Shown here one piece after another: positions 39,043 to 52,650 of a stretch of DNA of 64,000 nt. Positions within the stretch are counted from its first letter, which is position 1. Every line of letters begins with the position of its first letter. The position numbers were made by a program, and so were the translations under genes. The DNA comes from Cirrosporium novae-zelandiae (taxonomy: Eukaryota). Under the pieces are notes generated by a model. The model saw only the letters and a program-made list of their open reading frames with translations. It had not been told where the DNA came from and made no database searches. The DNA lies in NCBI GenBank assembly GCA_026023565.1, contig JAPETS010000010.1, forward strand, positions 310,001 through 374,000, read 5' to 3'.

Positions 39043-39198
39043 GAGTCAATTGAGGGTTGGCCTATGGCCACGTAACAAATGTAAATAGCGTACGAATAAT
39101 GTCAGTGGGTCTAAATGGGTTCAAGGTGAGATTGAGAGGTATTGTTTTTGCAGTTCAGAGCCAAAAATGGCCAATGACTCTTCAGATGGAATGACTCA
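39043..39198. promoter_or_regulatory. Cluster of three Gcn4/CpcA-type TGACTC elements upstream of AsnRS
   Basis: GAGTCA at 39043-39048, TGACTC at 39175-39180 and TGACTCA at 39192-39198, all within 200 bp of the ATG. Confidence 0.65.
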
Positions 39199-41526
39199 AT
39201 TTTGTGGTCTTATCAGTTAGATTAGGGCATCAACATTCGACACCTAAAGTCCTTATCAGTAAGCTTAAGTAATAGATGTTTGTGACACCTAAGGCATCGA
39301 ACCACCAAAGCATGGACCCAAGGAAAAGGATAGAGGCGTCTCTTTCCTCCCTGGACCCCTTTGGCCTTTGGCCCCCTCAAGCCAAAAGCAGATTGAAATT
39401 CTTGGCTCGGCTTATTCCGGGCTCTTTGGCCCCTTGCAGAAATTTAGTTTACACAACAACCTCCGTCCTCCCGTACCTGCAGGAACAGCTCCCAACTTCA
39501 AAGAGATGGAAAACAAAGTCATCATTTGCATTATTTCTCAAATCTCCCCCAACTTCAGATGACAATTTTGTACAGGAATGAATGAAAGATCAAGAGAGAG
39601 AATGAAATTAAATAAAACGTGAAAGGGACTTTGGTCTCCATGAGAGAAATATTATGGTGTAATGGGGGAGACATAAATTACAAATAATACCATGTACTTT
39701 ATACCTGTCCAATTTTACGACATCTCGTCATGGCCAATCCCTGCATTTTAATGGATCTCAACAAATCGACCATGTGGGAACTCTGTTGAGTTTCTACGAG
39801 TAGAAATGCTTGCTAACGTAGAGATTAAACGGTGAGATGGTGAAATAGCGAAATAGCGAAATGAGTTGAATCCGGAGGACACCTCCCCGGATATCTAGCG
39901 CTAATAGTTGATCACCAGAAATGTAACCAGACATTTTCTCTTTTTTCCTCTCTCCTTGATATTGGAAAATGATCAAAAAGCAGAGATGAATGGATTAATA
40001 CTTAATTGGGTTAAGAGTAAAGAGTAAAACGCGTTTAGGGTGTATCATGATTCATATCATGATTCATATCATTTATCTAGTGATACAAAAAAGATACGCA
40101 CACATCAATACCCCTGAGCTAAAAAGGAACTTCTAAACTTTTCAAAGACTTTTGAGCGAATCCCCCCCAGGGAACCCAAGGCAAAAAAAAATACGCACAG
40201 TCCGTCTGCTGTTGGCACTTGGTATCTGCTGCCTCCGTCGTCTCCGTTAATTGTCATCGTGGCCTTCTAAGTCCAATGCAGCGAACAGCCATTTTGGACC
40301 CATTTGGAACCATTCATTCCCCTTTGACTTCAATTCATTCCTAATTCTTGACCTTCTTACCTTCTTTTTTACTCTCTAGAGTTTTGGAGATTAGGGGCCT
40401 CGAATCTTGTCTTCCCTGAGAAAAGGGAACTAAAGACGGGAGAAAAAAATAAGAAAAAAAATAAAAAAAAAAAAACGAAGAAAAAAGAAATACACAAATT
40501 ACAATCTCCCTCCTCCTACCCCCCCCATCCCCATTTCTCACTTCTTTAGGTGGCTAAAAAGGTACTATTGCCAGCTTACCAGTTTACCTAAACAACCTAA
40601 CCTTTACCCAATTTTACCTGCCTTGCAACCCCCGTCATTCCTTCTTAGTTTCCACCAACATACACACCCTAACACCCTACTTTGTACCTAAACCATTACA
40701 TTCCCCCCCCCCCCCCCCCAACCCTTCTTTCCCCCCCCCCCCCCCCGTCTTCCTCTCCACGCTCCCCTTTCGCGTGTTGCCATCGCTTTTTTGCCCATCC
40801 TTCAACTTTCACTTAACCACTTTACTTACTTGCTTGCCTTATTCGCCTTGTCTTCATTCTCGAATTCGAGCTTCTCCTTTTATAGCCATTCGTTAATCTC
40901 TTTTTCCTAAGTCGCTCCCTACGACAAATAAATCAACTTCCTACCTTCTTAATATCGCTTGCAGCAAACAAGGTCTCTCGTGCCCTTTGTTCTGCGCCGC
41001 CGCTCTCTTCAGACTGTTCTTTGTCTGTTCGACTATAGGCTACCTTCGGATCTTGTTACCATCCTTCATTTAGCGGAAATCGGAAATAACCTATCCTTGT
41101 CGGCCTTTACTTGGTTATCTATCTATCCTAATATCAGCTTCCAGCCTTTGTTTCCTTCTTGACAGGCTTGGTCGCGTCTTCCGCTTCATCGACACATATT
41201 CTGGAACAATTCTGTAGATCATTGGGATCTACATTGGATACTGAAATTGGTATGTAATTATCTGGCGTTTTAATATTTTAGCAACCAATTGCTGACTGGG
41301 TCCAATAGTTTCCGACCTACGTTGGAACTTTTCGTCCTTCATCCCTAGGAAAGATTTGATTGCCAGTTGTTCTGATTCGTATCTTGTATATTTTTACCAA
41401 CCAGAAAAGCGCCTCCTTTTTTAAGTCCGGTAACTCGACAAGAGCCGGACCGTCAAAATCGCGAAGACGGCTGTAATCTCCCCACAACTCCAGGACAGGC
41501 TTGTCCTTCCACCTCATCTAATCGGC

Positions 41527-44076
41527 ATGCAGTCGCAGGATGGTTATTCGAGTGTCACTGATTCAAACGGATTAAATCGTCAAATGTCCAAAGGACAGAA
41601 CGGAGATATGGCAGGCTTTTCCCACAATGCATATACGTCGAACAACATGGCTGCTGGTAGTTATGGCGACCGCCATCCTCGTCGTATTAACGTTCCCGCC
41701 ATCAATACCGGCTCATTCGGTCAAGGGGTGCAGGGAATGAATGAGTTGACTTCTCCCGGAGCTGGCTTTGACATGAACTTCACCCCTCTGTTACCTTCGC
41801 AATTGCTTTTGGGAAGCCCTTTCCAGCCTGGAACCCCATCAAACTTTGCCTCGCCACAATTCACCCAATTCGGTGGTTTCCAACAAGCCAACGCTGTTGG
41901 TCAAAGACAGAATCAGCAAAACCAGATGGGCAGTCCTGGCAAAGGCCAACAGAATCCCATGTCTCCTCAACTTTATGCTTCCCTAACTTCGCCGGATAGT
42001 TATGGTGCATCACAGCTTCTTGGACCACAATCCCCTCTTGGTGCTTACCCGACTATGGGTGGCCAGATGTTTGGAGGCCCCAGTGCTTCTGTACAAGTAG
42101 CACCAGGTATATTATCAAGCACCAGCCGTACAGTTTATTTGGGAAACATTCCACCAGACACTTCTGCAGAAGAGATCCTTGGACATGTACGCAGTGGTCA
42201 AATTGAGTCTGTCAGACTTCTGCCAGATAAGAACTGTGCCTTCATCTCTTTCTTGGATGGAAGCTCAGCCACCCATTTCCATTCAGATGCGATTCTAAAG
42301 AAACTTTCCATTAAGGGTAACGATATCAAGATTGGCTGGGGAAAGCCTTCATCAGTTCCTACCTCCGTGGCTCTAGCTGTTCAACAATCGGGTGCATCCA
42401 GGAACGTATATCTTGGGAACCTACCAGAAGATATTGCAGAGGAAGAGCTTCGAGAAGACTTGGGCAAGTTTGGTCCTATTGATACAGTGAAAATTGTGCG
42501 TGAGAAAAATATTGCATTCATTCATTTCTTGTCAATCAGTAATGCCATCAAGGCTGTTGCACAACTACCGCAAGAGCCGAAATGGCAACCTCCTCGTCGC
42601 GTCTACTATGGCAAGGATCGATGTGCCTACGTGTCCAAAACTCAACAGCAAAATGCTGCTCAGTATCTTGGCATTGCACCAGGTTATGCTCATGTGCTCA
42701 ATGGGGCTGATCGTGATCTTATCTCTAACGCATTGGCACAACAGTCGGTTGCAGCAGCAGCCGTGGCGACAACCGCAGGTGGAGTCAACAACTTGGGCAA
42801 TAGGACGGTATATCTGGGAAATATTCACCCTGAAACCACGATTGAAGAAATTTGTAACGTTGTGCGTGGTGGCTTGCTCCATCATATTCGTTATATTCCG
42901 GATAAACATATTTGCTTCGTCACTTTCATCGACCCGACTTCCGCCGCATCCTTCTACGCTTTGAGTAACCTTCAAGGTCTCATGATCCACAATCGTAGAT
43001 TGAAGATTGGTTGGGGTAAACATTCTGGAGCCTTACCTCCAGCTATTGCTCTAGCAGTCAGCGGCGGAGCTTCTCGTAATGTCTATATCGGTAATCTCGA
43101 TGAGACATGGACCGAGGACCGTCTGAGACAGGATTTCTCAGAGTACGGAGAGATAGAACTTGTCAATACATTAAGGGAAAAAAGCTGTGCTTTCGTTAAT
43201 TTCGCAAACATCGCCAATGCGATAAAGGCAATCGAGGCCGTACGTGGACGAGAGGAGTACAAACGGTTCAAGATCAATTTCGGCAAGGATCGTTGTGGTA
43301 ACCCCCCTCGTCAAACAAATAATTCACAACTTGCTCAGCAGCAGCGTATGCTGTCTGGTGCTGATGGTCTTGGTTCACCTACAATGAACGGTAGCTTTCA
43401 GTTTGGCCAGAATGGAAACAATAGTCCGACCAGGGCCAACCTATCTCCTACCCCTGGCTCATCTGGCTCGTCCGGAAACCGACCACAGCAGCTACCGCTT
43501 GGCCCAACTCCATCTGCTATACTTAATGCCGGAAACAACAACCCGCTGACCATGTATCTGAACCAAGTTTCAGCCCAACAGGCTCAGCAGGCGCAACAAG
43601 AATTCGAACAACAGTCACATGATTCGTTAACCGCGGCAGTTCTCCAACAACAAGGTGGATCACTGCTTGGAAACCAGCAAAATTCGCTATATGGTAGTGC
43701 AGGCTCTGACCTGACAAATGGATCTGCTTTTGAAGATCCAAGGTCACAACAGAATAATGGAGGAACTCCTCTATCGGCATTGAATCAGCTTGCTTCTGGC
43801 GCTACCACCGTTGGGGGGCTTCTTGCTCCTACAAACAACAACCTAAACGGCGTTCGTGGGCAGCATGCTCGTGCAGTAAGTTTACCTGTGTTCTCGCCAG
43901 AGCCAGGTAGCCAGCCTCTCCAGCTTCCACGTCAATCGCATCATCAACACCAGCAGAGTAGTATCTCTGGCTTGAGTTCTGCATTTGCTGGGCTCGGGAA
44001 TGGTGGATTTGGGCTTGCCATTCAAGGCGAACGAGCCCTTCCGGGATGGGTTGAAGAGGAATTAAGGGCGCAATGA
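41527..44076 (+). CDS. MRN1: Four-RRM RNA-binding protein, Nrd1 (S. pombe)/Mrn1-like; single coding exon, probable 5'UTR intron 41250-41308
   Basis: Four RRMs starting [30 protein letters not shown] and [10 protein letters not shown], with IGWGK and YGKDRC/FGKDRC ends. Confidence 0.9.
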   Translation: MQSQDGYSSVTDSNGLNRQMSKGQNGDMAGFSHNAYTSNNMAAGSYGDRHPRRINVPAINTGSFGQGVQGMNELTSPGAGFDMNFTPLLPSQLLLGSPFQPGTPSNFASPQFTQFGGFQQANAVGQRQNQQNQMGSPGKGQQNPMSPQLYASLTSPDSYGASQLLGPQSPLGAYPTMGGQMFGGPSASVQVAPGILSSTSRTVYLGNIPPDTSAEEILGHVRSGQIESVRLLPDKNCAFISFLDGSSATHFHSDAILKKLSIKGNDIKIGWGKPSSVPTSVALAVQQSGASRNVYLGNLPEDIAEEELREDLGKFGPIDTVKIVREKNIAFIHFLSISNAIKAVAQLPQEPKWQPPRRVYYGKDRCAYVSKTQQQNAAQYLGIAPGYAHVLNGADRDLISNALAQQSVAAAAVATTAGGVNNLGNRTVYLGNIHPETTIEEICNVVRGGLLHHIRYIPDKHICFVTFIDPTSAASFYALSNLQGLMIHNRRLKIGWGKHSGALPPAIALAVSGGASRNVYIGNLDETWTEDRLRQDFSEYGEIELVNTLREKSCAFVNFANIANAIKAIEAVRGREEYKRFKINFGKDRCGNPPRQTNNSQLAQQQRMLSGADGLGSPTMNGSFQFGQNGNNSPTRANLSPTPGSSGSSGNRPQQLPLGPTPSAILNAGNNNPLTMYLNQVSAQQAQQAQQEFEQQSHDSLTAAVLQQQGGSLLGNQQNSLYGSAGSDLTNGSAFEDPRSQQNNGGTPLSALNQLASGATTVGGLLAPTNNNLNGVRGQHARAVSLPVFSPEPGSQPLQLPRQSHHQHQQSSISGLSSAFAGLGNGGFGLAIQGERALPGWVEEELRAQ

Positions 44077-44941
44077 ACGGTTACCGGTTATGGAAGAGGA
44101 GGAATTGTTCATGAAGATTTGCTATCCAACAGTAGTTTGACGGACCAGTGATCATGTCAGACTATACATGGAAGGGATTTTTGTTGCAAATATTTTGTTT
44201 TAATAATGGAAGTCTTTCATCTGGAAATTTCAGGGTACCGGCTCGAGTTGGAATACCGTTCCGGCTTTTTCCAGACTCATTGTATATTATTGCGGATTTG
44301 CCTTGTCGTGAGACTTCATCTCTTCTTCTTTTCGAATTCAGCATCATGGGTGGTTGGACTGGGAGGGGAGAGCTTCCGGTCGCATAATGGTAGTCGAGGC
44401 ATGTCTAAATGGAGTAGATTAATATCAAACTCGCTATGAAAAGTTCACATTATATTCCCACTAGACGTGATCCAAGAGTGGGCGCCAAGAAGATTGTATA
44501 AAGGGTATTTTTTTTTGTATGGCCTTGAGTGATAAATGTAACTGATGACTTATTATACACGCAGCTACAACTAAACGCATGTAAAGTCTTTATAATATTG
44601 AGGTGCTTTCGATCTGATGCACCTTTTGAAATTTGGTAATATTTAGCATCTACCTATTATGATTCATTGCCCAAACCTACAGCCATGGACCATTAAGCAT
44701 CTCAAGAAATTAAAACTTGCAGTAAATTCATACTAGTTTGGATACAAAGTTGTATGGCAATCATTCCTTGAAATATTCTTATACAGCTTCTCGAGCTGAT
44801 TGATTTTTGGTTCCGGCCAGGGCACAGCACATGCTTTTCCGCGTGGCTTTGAATTGGTTATCCACTTCTCTTCACCCAACCCAACAACAACCCTTGTGCT
44901 ACTTTGAAGGTTTGGGACAACGACAAGTTAATCTCCCCAAA

Positions 44942-46372
44942 ATGTCGCTGCCACCTGAAGTCATTCACATAAAGCGTCGAAGGGACGAGGAGCCTCCTGA
45001 TACGCTCTGTATGCTAAACTCTTTCCTTACTTTGCCTGGGTACTAATCCACTAGACATTCAATCCGAGAACGACCAGGAAATAAAACGTCGACGATTCAC
45101 CGACTATGGATTCTCTAGACTACAGGATGTCAACACGCTTACGGGTTATACGTCCTCGTTAACGAACCAAAAGCCATCTCAAAAAGCAGTGAGCAGTTTA
45201 ATGCCTAACGAAGTACCACAGCTTAAGATCGGTGACAACCTTCGAGAAGAGCGAGGGGATCAAAATGAAAGAAGCATAAATGATGTGAAGAAGAATTCAG
45301 CTCGACCGCACTCATCTCTCGGGAGTGTGCGTGACTTGCAACTTCCAGAAATCGCAAAACATGTAGCACAGGCTCGCCGATTTCACCTAACACACGCTAG
45401 GCGGCCTTCGTCTCCAATATCTTTCTCTCAGCCCTCGTTTAGTGGCGTACGGAAGCGCAAGAAGGGACAAAAGCAGGAGCCCGCCGTATTCATAGAGCGT
45501 TCTCCTGAAGCTAAACGCAAAAGTGGCAAGGGAACATTATCCTATGGTCTAGAAAGGAAGCGGCTAAGCCTAGAAAATGAAGTAAAGAAACAAACAGCAA
45601 CCGCTTCAACTCCAAGAAAACGTCCAATAGCGTCTGCCACGGAGAAGATGTGGCGAGCAGAGCAGTGGAGTCAGAACCATCCTAGTCGATCACATCCCAG
45701 CATAGATGCTGAGAATAATGATCGAACCCTTCAACTAGCACAAGAATTGCAAGAATTCGCACTCCAAGAAACCCGAGCTTCAATGTCTACTGAAACTTCG
45801 CCCAAATCTCCTGGACAGATATCCAAGTTAAAGTTCCAACCCAAACAACCGCAGCACCGGAGAAACTCACCCTCGTCATCTGTTCTAACACAGAATCAAG
45901 ATTCTCATGAATTTTCTCCAGTTGACGATGATGGAGACTATGTTTTTGACACCTACATTCGGCAACCCGTCGCCACGCTGGCTTCCCCGTTGCCCGTAAC
46001 TGGACTTGAGCAATCAGTTATATCAAACAACATTGGCTTCCTTGTCATCACAGAGGAAGACGAGGAGTTCCTAGATACATTCGAAGACGAAGAGGGAGAT
46101 GGTATTTGGGATAGTGAAGACGAAGACTCAAATGGTTTGTGGTCTTCCGTCACGTTCTTGTGTAGATTCTGATACATATTTTCCTTCCAGCCGAGGACCA
46201 TCCTTTTAATGATTACCCAGAGGATGAAGTTAACTCTGATGATGAGTATGGATATGGTGCATACCAGTACCGACATGCTGCATCTGACGACGAGCAGTTC
46301 GATGAAGATGACATCTACTGGAGTGATGACGAGAATCAAAAACACCCTTGGAAATCGAACATCCTCCAATAG
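44942..46372 (+). CDS. IWR1: RNA polymerase II nuclear import factor Iwr1; exons 44942-45008, 45055-46134, 46191-46372
   Basis: N-terminal PEVIHIKRRRDEEPPDTL, DYVFDTYIR and DSEDEDSN/AEDHPFNDYPEDE (Iwr1 domain, completed by splicing). Confidence 0.9.
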
Positions 46373-46865
46373 TAAACCAGACATAGAATAAATAAAGACT
46401 TCCAGCAGTAGTCGAGACTGCGGGGAAATTTCAATGCCATCAAAGAGAATGGAAAGCTAAGCAAGGGTAACATTCGCTAATATCGACTTTAACAATAGTT
46501 TAAGACTTGATGTCCTTCATCAAACCCAGAATTGGAAAAACAATAACCAGTTTTCGAAACCTAAAAGTATCACAAGACCCGCAAGTGCTTTTCTGACATA
46601 CAGGCCGCCTATTGCTCTTGGAAATGCCAAAGCAAGCCTCCCAGATACGAGCATGTCTCTTCGTTCACGGATATGCCAATCAATCGATCCTCCAGTCATA
46701 CAAGGTGGTATAGTAGAAGAATGCAAGTCAAGTCTCCCGCCTGACTAAATGCACCGAGAATGAACCCAATTCAACTTTATCCAATGTTAGCAAGGGCTCG
46801 TGTATACGCAGTGCGGGTTGGCATACAACCATCATTATTCATTATTTTTAGTCAGGAACTCTTTG

Positions 46866-47447
46866 TTAAGAGCCTAGGTGTTGATGCTCTGGACGGACCC
46901 AAGGGAAAACATGTTTGGTCCAGGCGACCATTCCGTATGCTGGGTGGAATTCGTCTATTGTCTCATCCTTCCTTTTACGCCGGTCTGGGTCCCGGAGTTT
47001 GGGTACATGCCATTCAGTAAGGGCACGATAATACACAGACTGGATACCTTGGTTTCCTCTGCGAGGCCTGGTTGAGAATTGGAGATTAAATTGAGTCAGG
47101 ACTGCGTCCCAATTTTCTTTCAAGTCAACTCGGTGATACCATATGAACAGAATTTCCTATCTTTCGGTCAGTTAAAAATTCTCTAATGTCTCAGAGGCTA
47201 CGACAGCGTACCTCTTCTGTATATGCCGGTCGGCCTTCGCGACGTTGACGGGGTTGGTTTGTCCTGCTTCGTTGCCGACTCCTTGGCTGGTAAGATATTT
47301 GTATTTGGAACAGTATTTAGCGATATCGGCATACCGATCGTACTCAGAAGCAGCACTCCCTTCGCTCGCTTCATCCACTGGGTTGAGCAGGTCTGTCAGA
47401 GACAGGGGCCGGGTTGAATGAGATTGGCCGTTCTGTTGTGTAGCCAT
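46866..47447 (-). CDS. Small putative Myb/SANT-like helix-turn-helix protein (~160 aa); exons about 47447-47335, 47281-47212, 47156-46866
   Basis: Splicing gives REGRPAYTEE/EILFIWYHRVDLKENWDAVLTQFNLQF..RRGNQGIQSVYYR...YGMVAWT..FPWV, a motif set I recall from an uncharacterised Pezizomycotina family. Donors are GTATGC and GTACGC. Confidence 0.72.
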
Positions 47448-50400
47448 GTGCTATCTCATCACTAGATTAACTTGGATTAAAGGTTGTTTGGTTGTATAGA
47501 GGCAGCTTAAAGGTGGTAGGAAAGCTGGGTCGGAATAGTGTAGGTATTTGATACTAGGCGATGAGGGAGGCTTCAACTTTTTGATGCGGTATCAAGAGCT
47601 CAAATTAACTCTACGCGCTTGAGAGAGAGCTTTTAAGATGGGATAAGTTACGGCAATTCTCACTCTACTAGCATGACCCAGATGAGCAATCACAATCAGA
47701 CTACGAAATGCATGTGGCACAGCTCAGGGTGGTGGGGGAGACTGGTTGGTGACCACGGCACAGTCCAGAGTCTAAGAGAGCTGGGAACTTCCCACGGATT
47801 ACATACGACATGACAGTGTCTGCTCAAGAAGGTCAGAAAGGATGGTTCAATCAATTCGTCTTCAATAATGTCCCTTGGCTTAGCGAGCACAGAAAGCGGA
47901 TTGGTTTCCGCTCAGACCGGATTATTATCATTTATTTGCTTGGGGGTTTACTTTGGGGGGGATCATATGCTATAGCCCATTCCTGAACCGAACCGCCTTC
48001 AGTCCTAGAGTTCCTTCGAAAATACAAGTGGGGCTAAGATTGACGCGAGCCGCAATTATTCTTCAAAAAAATTAACCGCCATATTAAATACAGTACAAGG
48101 CAATTTCACCAAGTTCCTAAAACTGCTCGCTTAAGTCGAGTGATGATGGTCCATGGACCACAAGATAAGAAGAGGAATTCGTTTGTGGCGCGGCCCGAGC
48201 CTTGATTCGTGGAAATGCACAAGGTCAAAGGATTCATCTGAGGATTCCTTTTTTTACCTTGGTTGAAGTAGTACCTGGAGAGGACTTTGGAGGTAGGACA
48301 TTCTGCATGGCCATGCTGTGGGTGGAGATATCGATTCTACTATACTCCGGGGAAGAGCCCCGTTGATCGTCTAACTAGACTATAATCTTGTGTGCCAGCC
48401 CAAGCTGAGCGATGGAAGAAGCTCCGAAATTCTTCAAACTGAAAGTGGATTTGCGGTGGATGCATCATGCAGCACAATACCCAATGCCCAACATCTTTCT
48501 CCGAGTTTTGTCTCATAAGCCTTACAGATAGTGCACGGTCGGCCATCTACTCATCATAGCCTGCCGCAGGCCATTCGCGGTTGCAGCCACTCGCTGTGAC
48601 AGATGTGCCGCTCATTAATAACCGAAAGTACTACTCTCAGAGCCTGTCAGTGCAAACTTCTAACCCCAGGGAATCTCGGATCTTTCAGCTCCTGTGGTGT
48701 CTGCATCGATGACAGGCTGGAAAGGGGGGGCCTAGACGTTCAGTTGCAGAATGGGGGCACGCCAGGATATGCGTGGCCGACAGTAGCGACAATGCTGAGT
48801 CCTATCTACCAAGTTTTGTTCCACATCCAATCAAAGGCAGCCACGATCGAGCATTTTGACGCTGCGCGGAAGTCTGTTCAAGCCCCGACTACCGAAGGAG
48901 GACCACTGTCCTATCTCGATAGAGAATCTTAAGCCACGGTCACCTGAGTTACAGTTGATGCAGGCAAAAGCAAGTGCGCAAGGGCATGCGATCCTGCAGA
49001 CGATCCGCTTAGCGGGGGGGATATCCTTCATTTAACGCGATGCTTGTGATGGTTGTGGAATTGTGCAATATGCATGGACTATCATTTCGAACGCTTTTTA
49101 CTAAAGAATGGGCCTGCTCGGACCTACTGTGTGCGCCGCTGATTGCCTATCCCTATTTTGGTGTTCGCTCTATCTATTTCACTTCCGCCGCCGCGTTTCA
49201 CGGCAAAATTTCCGCAAGCGATACGGCCCGGCCCCCTCAAAACGAGGCTTTATTGGAAGCTGTGCCGCAGGCCTGCAGATTCGATATTTAGCGGACGAAA
49301 CGCTCGGCCCGTGCAGAATTACGATAAAGATGAGATGGTCATCGAGTTAAAGATTTAAGGGCTCGAGCGCTTGAGCTTGCTACATGACTCGGAGGACCTA
49401 TCAGCTAGTGGGGCTCATGTATCAAGGCCGACAAGGCAACCAATGCATGGGTATCACCGGCATTCACCATGACGTGCCGCACCAGGGAAGGATTGGAATT
49501 GTTAGTATCTGAGCGCAACACGAATTTCTAGGATTTCTAGGACCGAGACGAGCTCTTAGAAGACTTGGAAAGCATGCCGTTTTTGTGTAACGTCCCGGTC
49601 CTCTTGTAGGTAGGTCATTAATCCAAAGAGAAGGGGCCGACATCGACGCCAAAATGTCTTAGCTCTGTACATGTCTATCGCAGCCCTCGGATTGGTGGTA
49701 TTGTGGTACATAACACCGCCCACTATAAGTTGGATCAGCATCATAATACAGACCATTGACAGACCATTATATGCTAAGTGCTTTCTGGCTGTAACGACCC
49801 ATCTAAAATTGTCTGTTCTCAGTCATGGTTCCACTCACAGAAACAACCTTAGTCAAGGAACAACCTTTCTCTGAAGATATCTGGTCCTCAACTCCTCACA
49901 ATCCGTCCACCCTGAGTAGCCGAGCTCTGTGAAGAGGTACCATTTGAGTCGCCAGACCACACCAGCCCCATGCTCAAGGACTCCTAAGCCACAGTTTGGA
50001 CCAGCTTAATACCCCACATTTCCCGTTTTACGATAACACCTTTTAGGCTTGGGGGGTCTCTCGGGCGCTTCCGAGCAATCCCCGATGCGCAAGACCTCCT
50101 CTACCTTGAGCTGGAAACCTGTTTAGTGTACCGGGGCGTCGTTAACCTCCCTACCTTGGGACCCTTTGATTCCGTTTCTGGGCTCTACCAGTAACAGCCG
50201 AGGTGTAATAGTTTGATGAGAAGTCTATTGAAGGCTGGCTGAAATCCCTCTCTTCTATTTGAAAAATTGTCTCACAACGGATACTTGCAAGGTGTGAGGA
50301 GTCAAAAGAAGGTCTAAATAATCTTTTATCCAGTCGTAATTTTGTCTCAACTATTTTGTCTGTGCTTGAATGGCTAGAATAGTTAGCTAATGGACAGCGA

Positions 50401-52538
50401 CAGAGTACATATTCAACAAGTCCCAAAATTGAGTCCATCTCCCTCGGCGCTGTCCTTGGTACTTAATGTCTCGCATCCCTGGCAGAATAATACGGGTTGC
50501 CTATACTTGTTACCCCAAGTTTCCAAGACCTTTCGAATATCGACCTATCCCGTTAGCGGCAGACCCTGTCCTCCTCAAAGAATACGAAGTAACCTACTGG
50601 CCAACTGAGCTTATTTGTTTTTTTCCATACATTCTCGTCCTGGTCCATGAACCAGGGAATCAGGAAGACTAAGACGCAAGGAACCTAGATGGCCAAGTTC
50701 TATTATGAGCCTCTCCAACGTCTTCTATGCACATCAGTCTCCAGCCACATTTTGGCACTGCTTCCTTCCTCGTTAAGTAATTCCATCAGTACCTTCTGTC
50801 TGCCACATGGACAAAATATCCGAGCGCGTGTGCAGCCTGAGTGAGCTGACGGGTAGCAGCTTTGATTGTCCTACTTCTCAGCGGTCGGGCCTGGAGATTC
50901 GAGGCTAGAGCCTGGATTCCGGGTTAGTATATACATAGTTTCTTATATAAGAACAAAAAACGCATGCGCATATGTATGCTGTCGATCTTTCTTTCCGATT
51001 ATGTGTGTAGAGGTTTGAGATCTATTGCTCTTTTCCGTTTTCAGATGACATCGCATAAGCCTGGAAGTTTAAAATTCGGATTCTTCTCTTTGGCGCCCGT
51101 TCTTCCTACCTCTCTTTATGATGAAAATCAATAGCTGGGGTTATTTCAGTATCTCAGTATCCTTAGCTTCCCTTTATCTTACGATGAAGATCCTCGTGAT
51201 ACTATCATTTCTTCTATCATCTGCACATTTCGTTGGAAGTATGAATATCCCTTCTCACCCCACATCCACTCGGCTTCCTACAGATGATGCATAATTAAAA
51301 TATCATAGTACAAAATTCTCTCTACCACCATCAGCGCTGTCATCATCATTTTATTTGACAGTTCGAACGCATGATATACCATTAATTTTTTTTTAAAACC
51401 CCCACGTCATCAAAAATTCCCTGACCGACCATGTTTATCATCAACCAACACTAGTTTCATTACTAATCTTGTCATAAATGCAAAAGGAAACCAATGATGC
51501 CACGCCCTTTATCGATCTTTCAACCTATTTTCCGTAGAAAAAAAAAAGATCCGGTCAGCTCCTTCGCGTGGGTTTTCTCGGTAGTATATCTCTCATAAGT
51601 ACATGTACATGTACTTATAATCACTTGTTCATCAAAAAAAAAACGTCCCGTGAAGCTAAACCCAATTTGGCTCTGTTAAGCCTTCCAAACAAAATGCATG
51701 AGCAAAAACAACTATTGAATTTAATGTACAAGCGATCTTCTTCTCTCACTTTCTCTCCCTCTCTCACTCTCACACTCCCTCTTTCCGGGGGGGTAAACTT
51801 TCTTTCAGTTTTGTTTTTAACTTTTTTTTTCTCGCTACGCTTTGACATATACACGATATACATATATACAACTCTTATGTTTCTAGCCACAAAGTCACAA
51901 CCCTAACGTCAACCCCCCAGGGATTAATAGAATTTGGTTACTTGCAGAAAACACACACACACACATATCAAGGAATATCCCGGCTCGGCCCCCTCCTAAA
52001 AAGAGACTGCATAATACATACACATACATGAGGAAGTACAGTACAAGTAAGTAAGTATGGCAAGGAAGAGGGAAGAGGGAAGGGAAAGTACGCTTTTTTT
52101 GAAAACAAGCAAACAAACAAAATAAAAATGGATGGTAATGGATAATGGATAATGGAAGGAGACATAGATATGTATGTATGTATGTATGGTATACGGTTAG
52201 TAGATTGATTGATTGATTGATTGATTGATGGGTGCTCACTGATGACTGATGACTGATGACTGCAGTGTCTATCTATCTATCTAATAAAATACACTACATA
52301 AGACTTTCGGTTTTTTAAACTTACCTTTGCCTTATCTTACATACCTACCTACCTAAATGACCAAAAGCATAAGCACAACTAAACTAAAACCCTTGACCCT
52401 GGATCCTGGTCTACATACATTACATTTGCATTATCCTCACATGGCGAAGTTGTGTCTGTCCGTCTGCCCGCTTCTTCAATCGCCTATCTACCTGGTTTGT
52501 ACATGTATATGTATATGTATGTGTATACACGCTTTTTT

Positions 52539-52575
52539 TCTTCTTCCTCTTCCTCTTCTTCTTCTTCTTATTCTT

Positions 52576-52606
<31 letters not shown>

Positions 52607-52650
52607 TTCTTCTTCTTCTTCTTCTTCTTCTTCTTCTCCTCCTCCTCCCC
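52539..52650 (+). repeat. Interrupted (CTT)n microsatellite inside a low-complexity island (~51500-54900) that also holds (ATAGC)n at ~53777-53817 and (GTGTATGTATGT)n at ~53401-53453
   Basis: Directly visible. Confidence 0.95.

Noticed and set aside
48340..49874. Cluster of 60-110-aa ORFs on both strands
   Set aside because: No motifs and no consistent spliced model; treated as intergenic.
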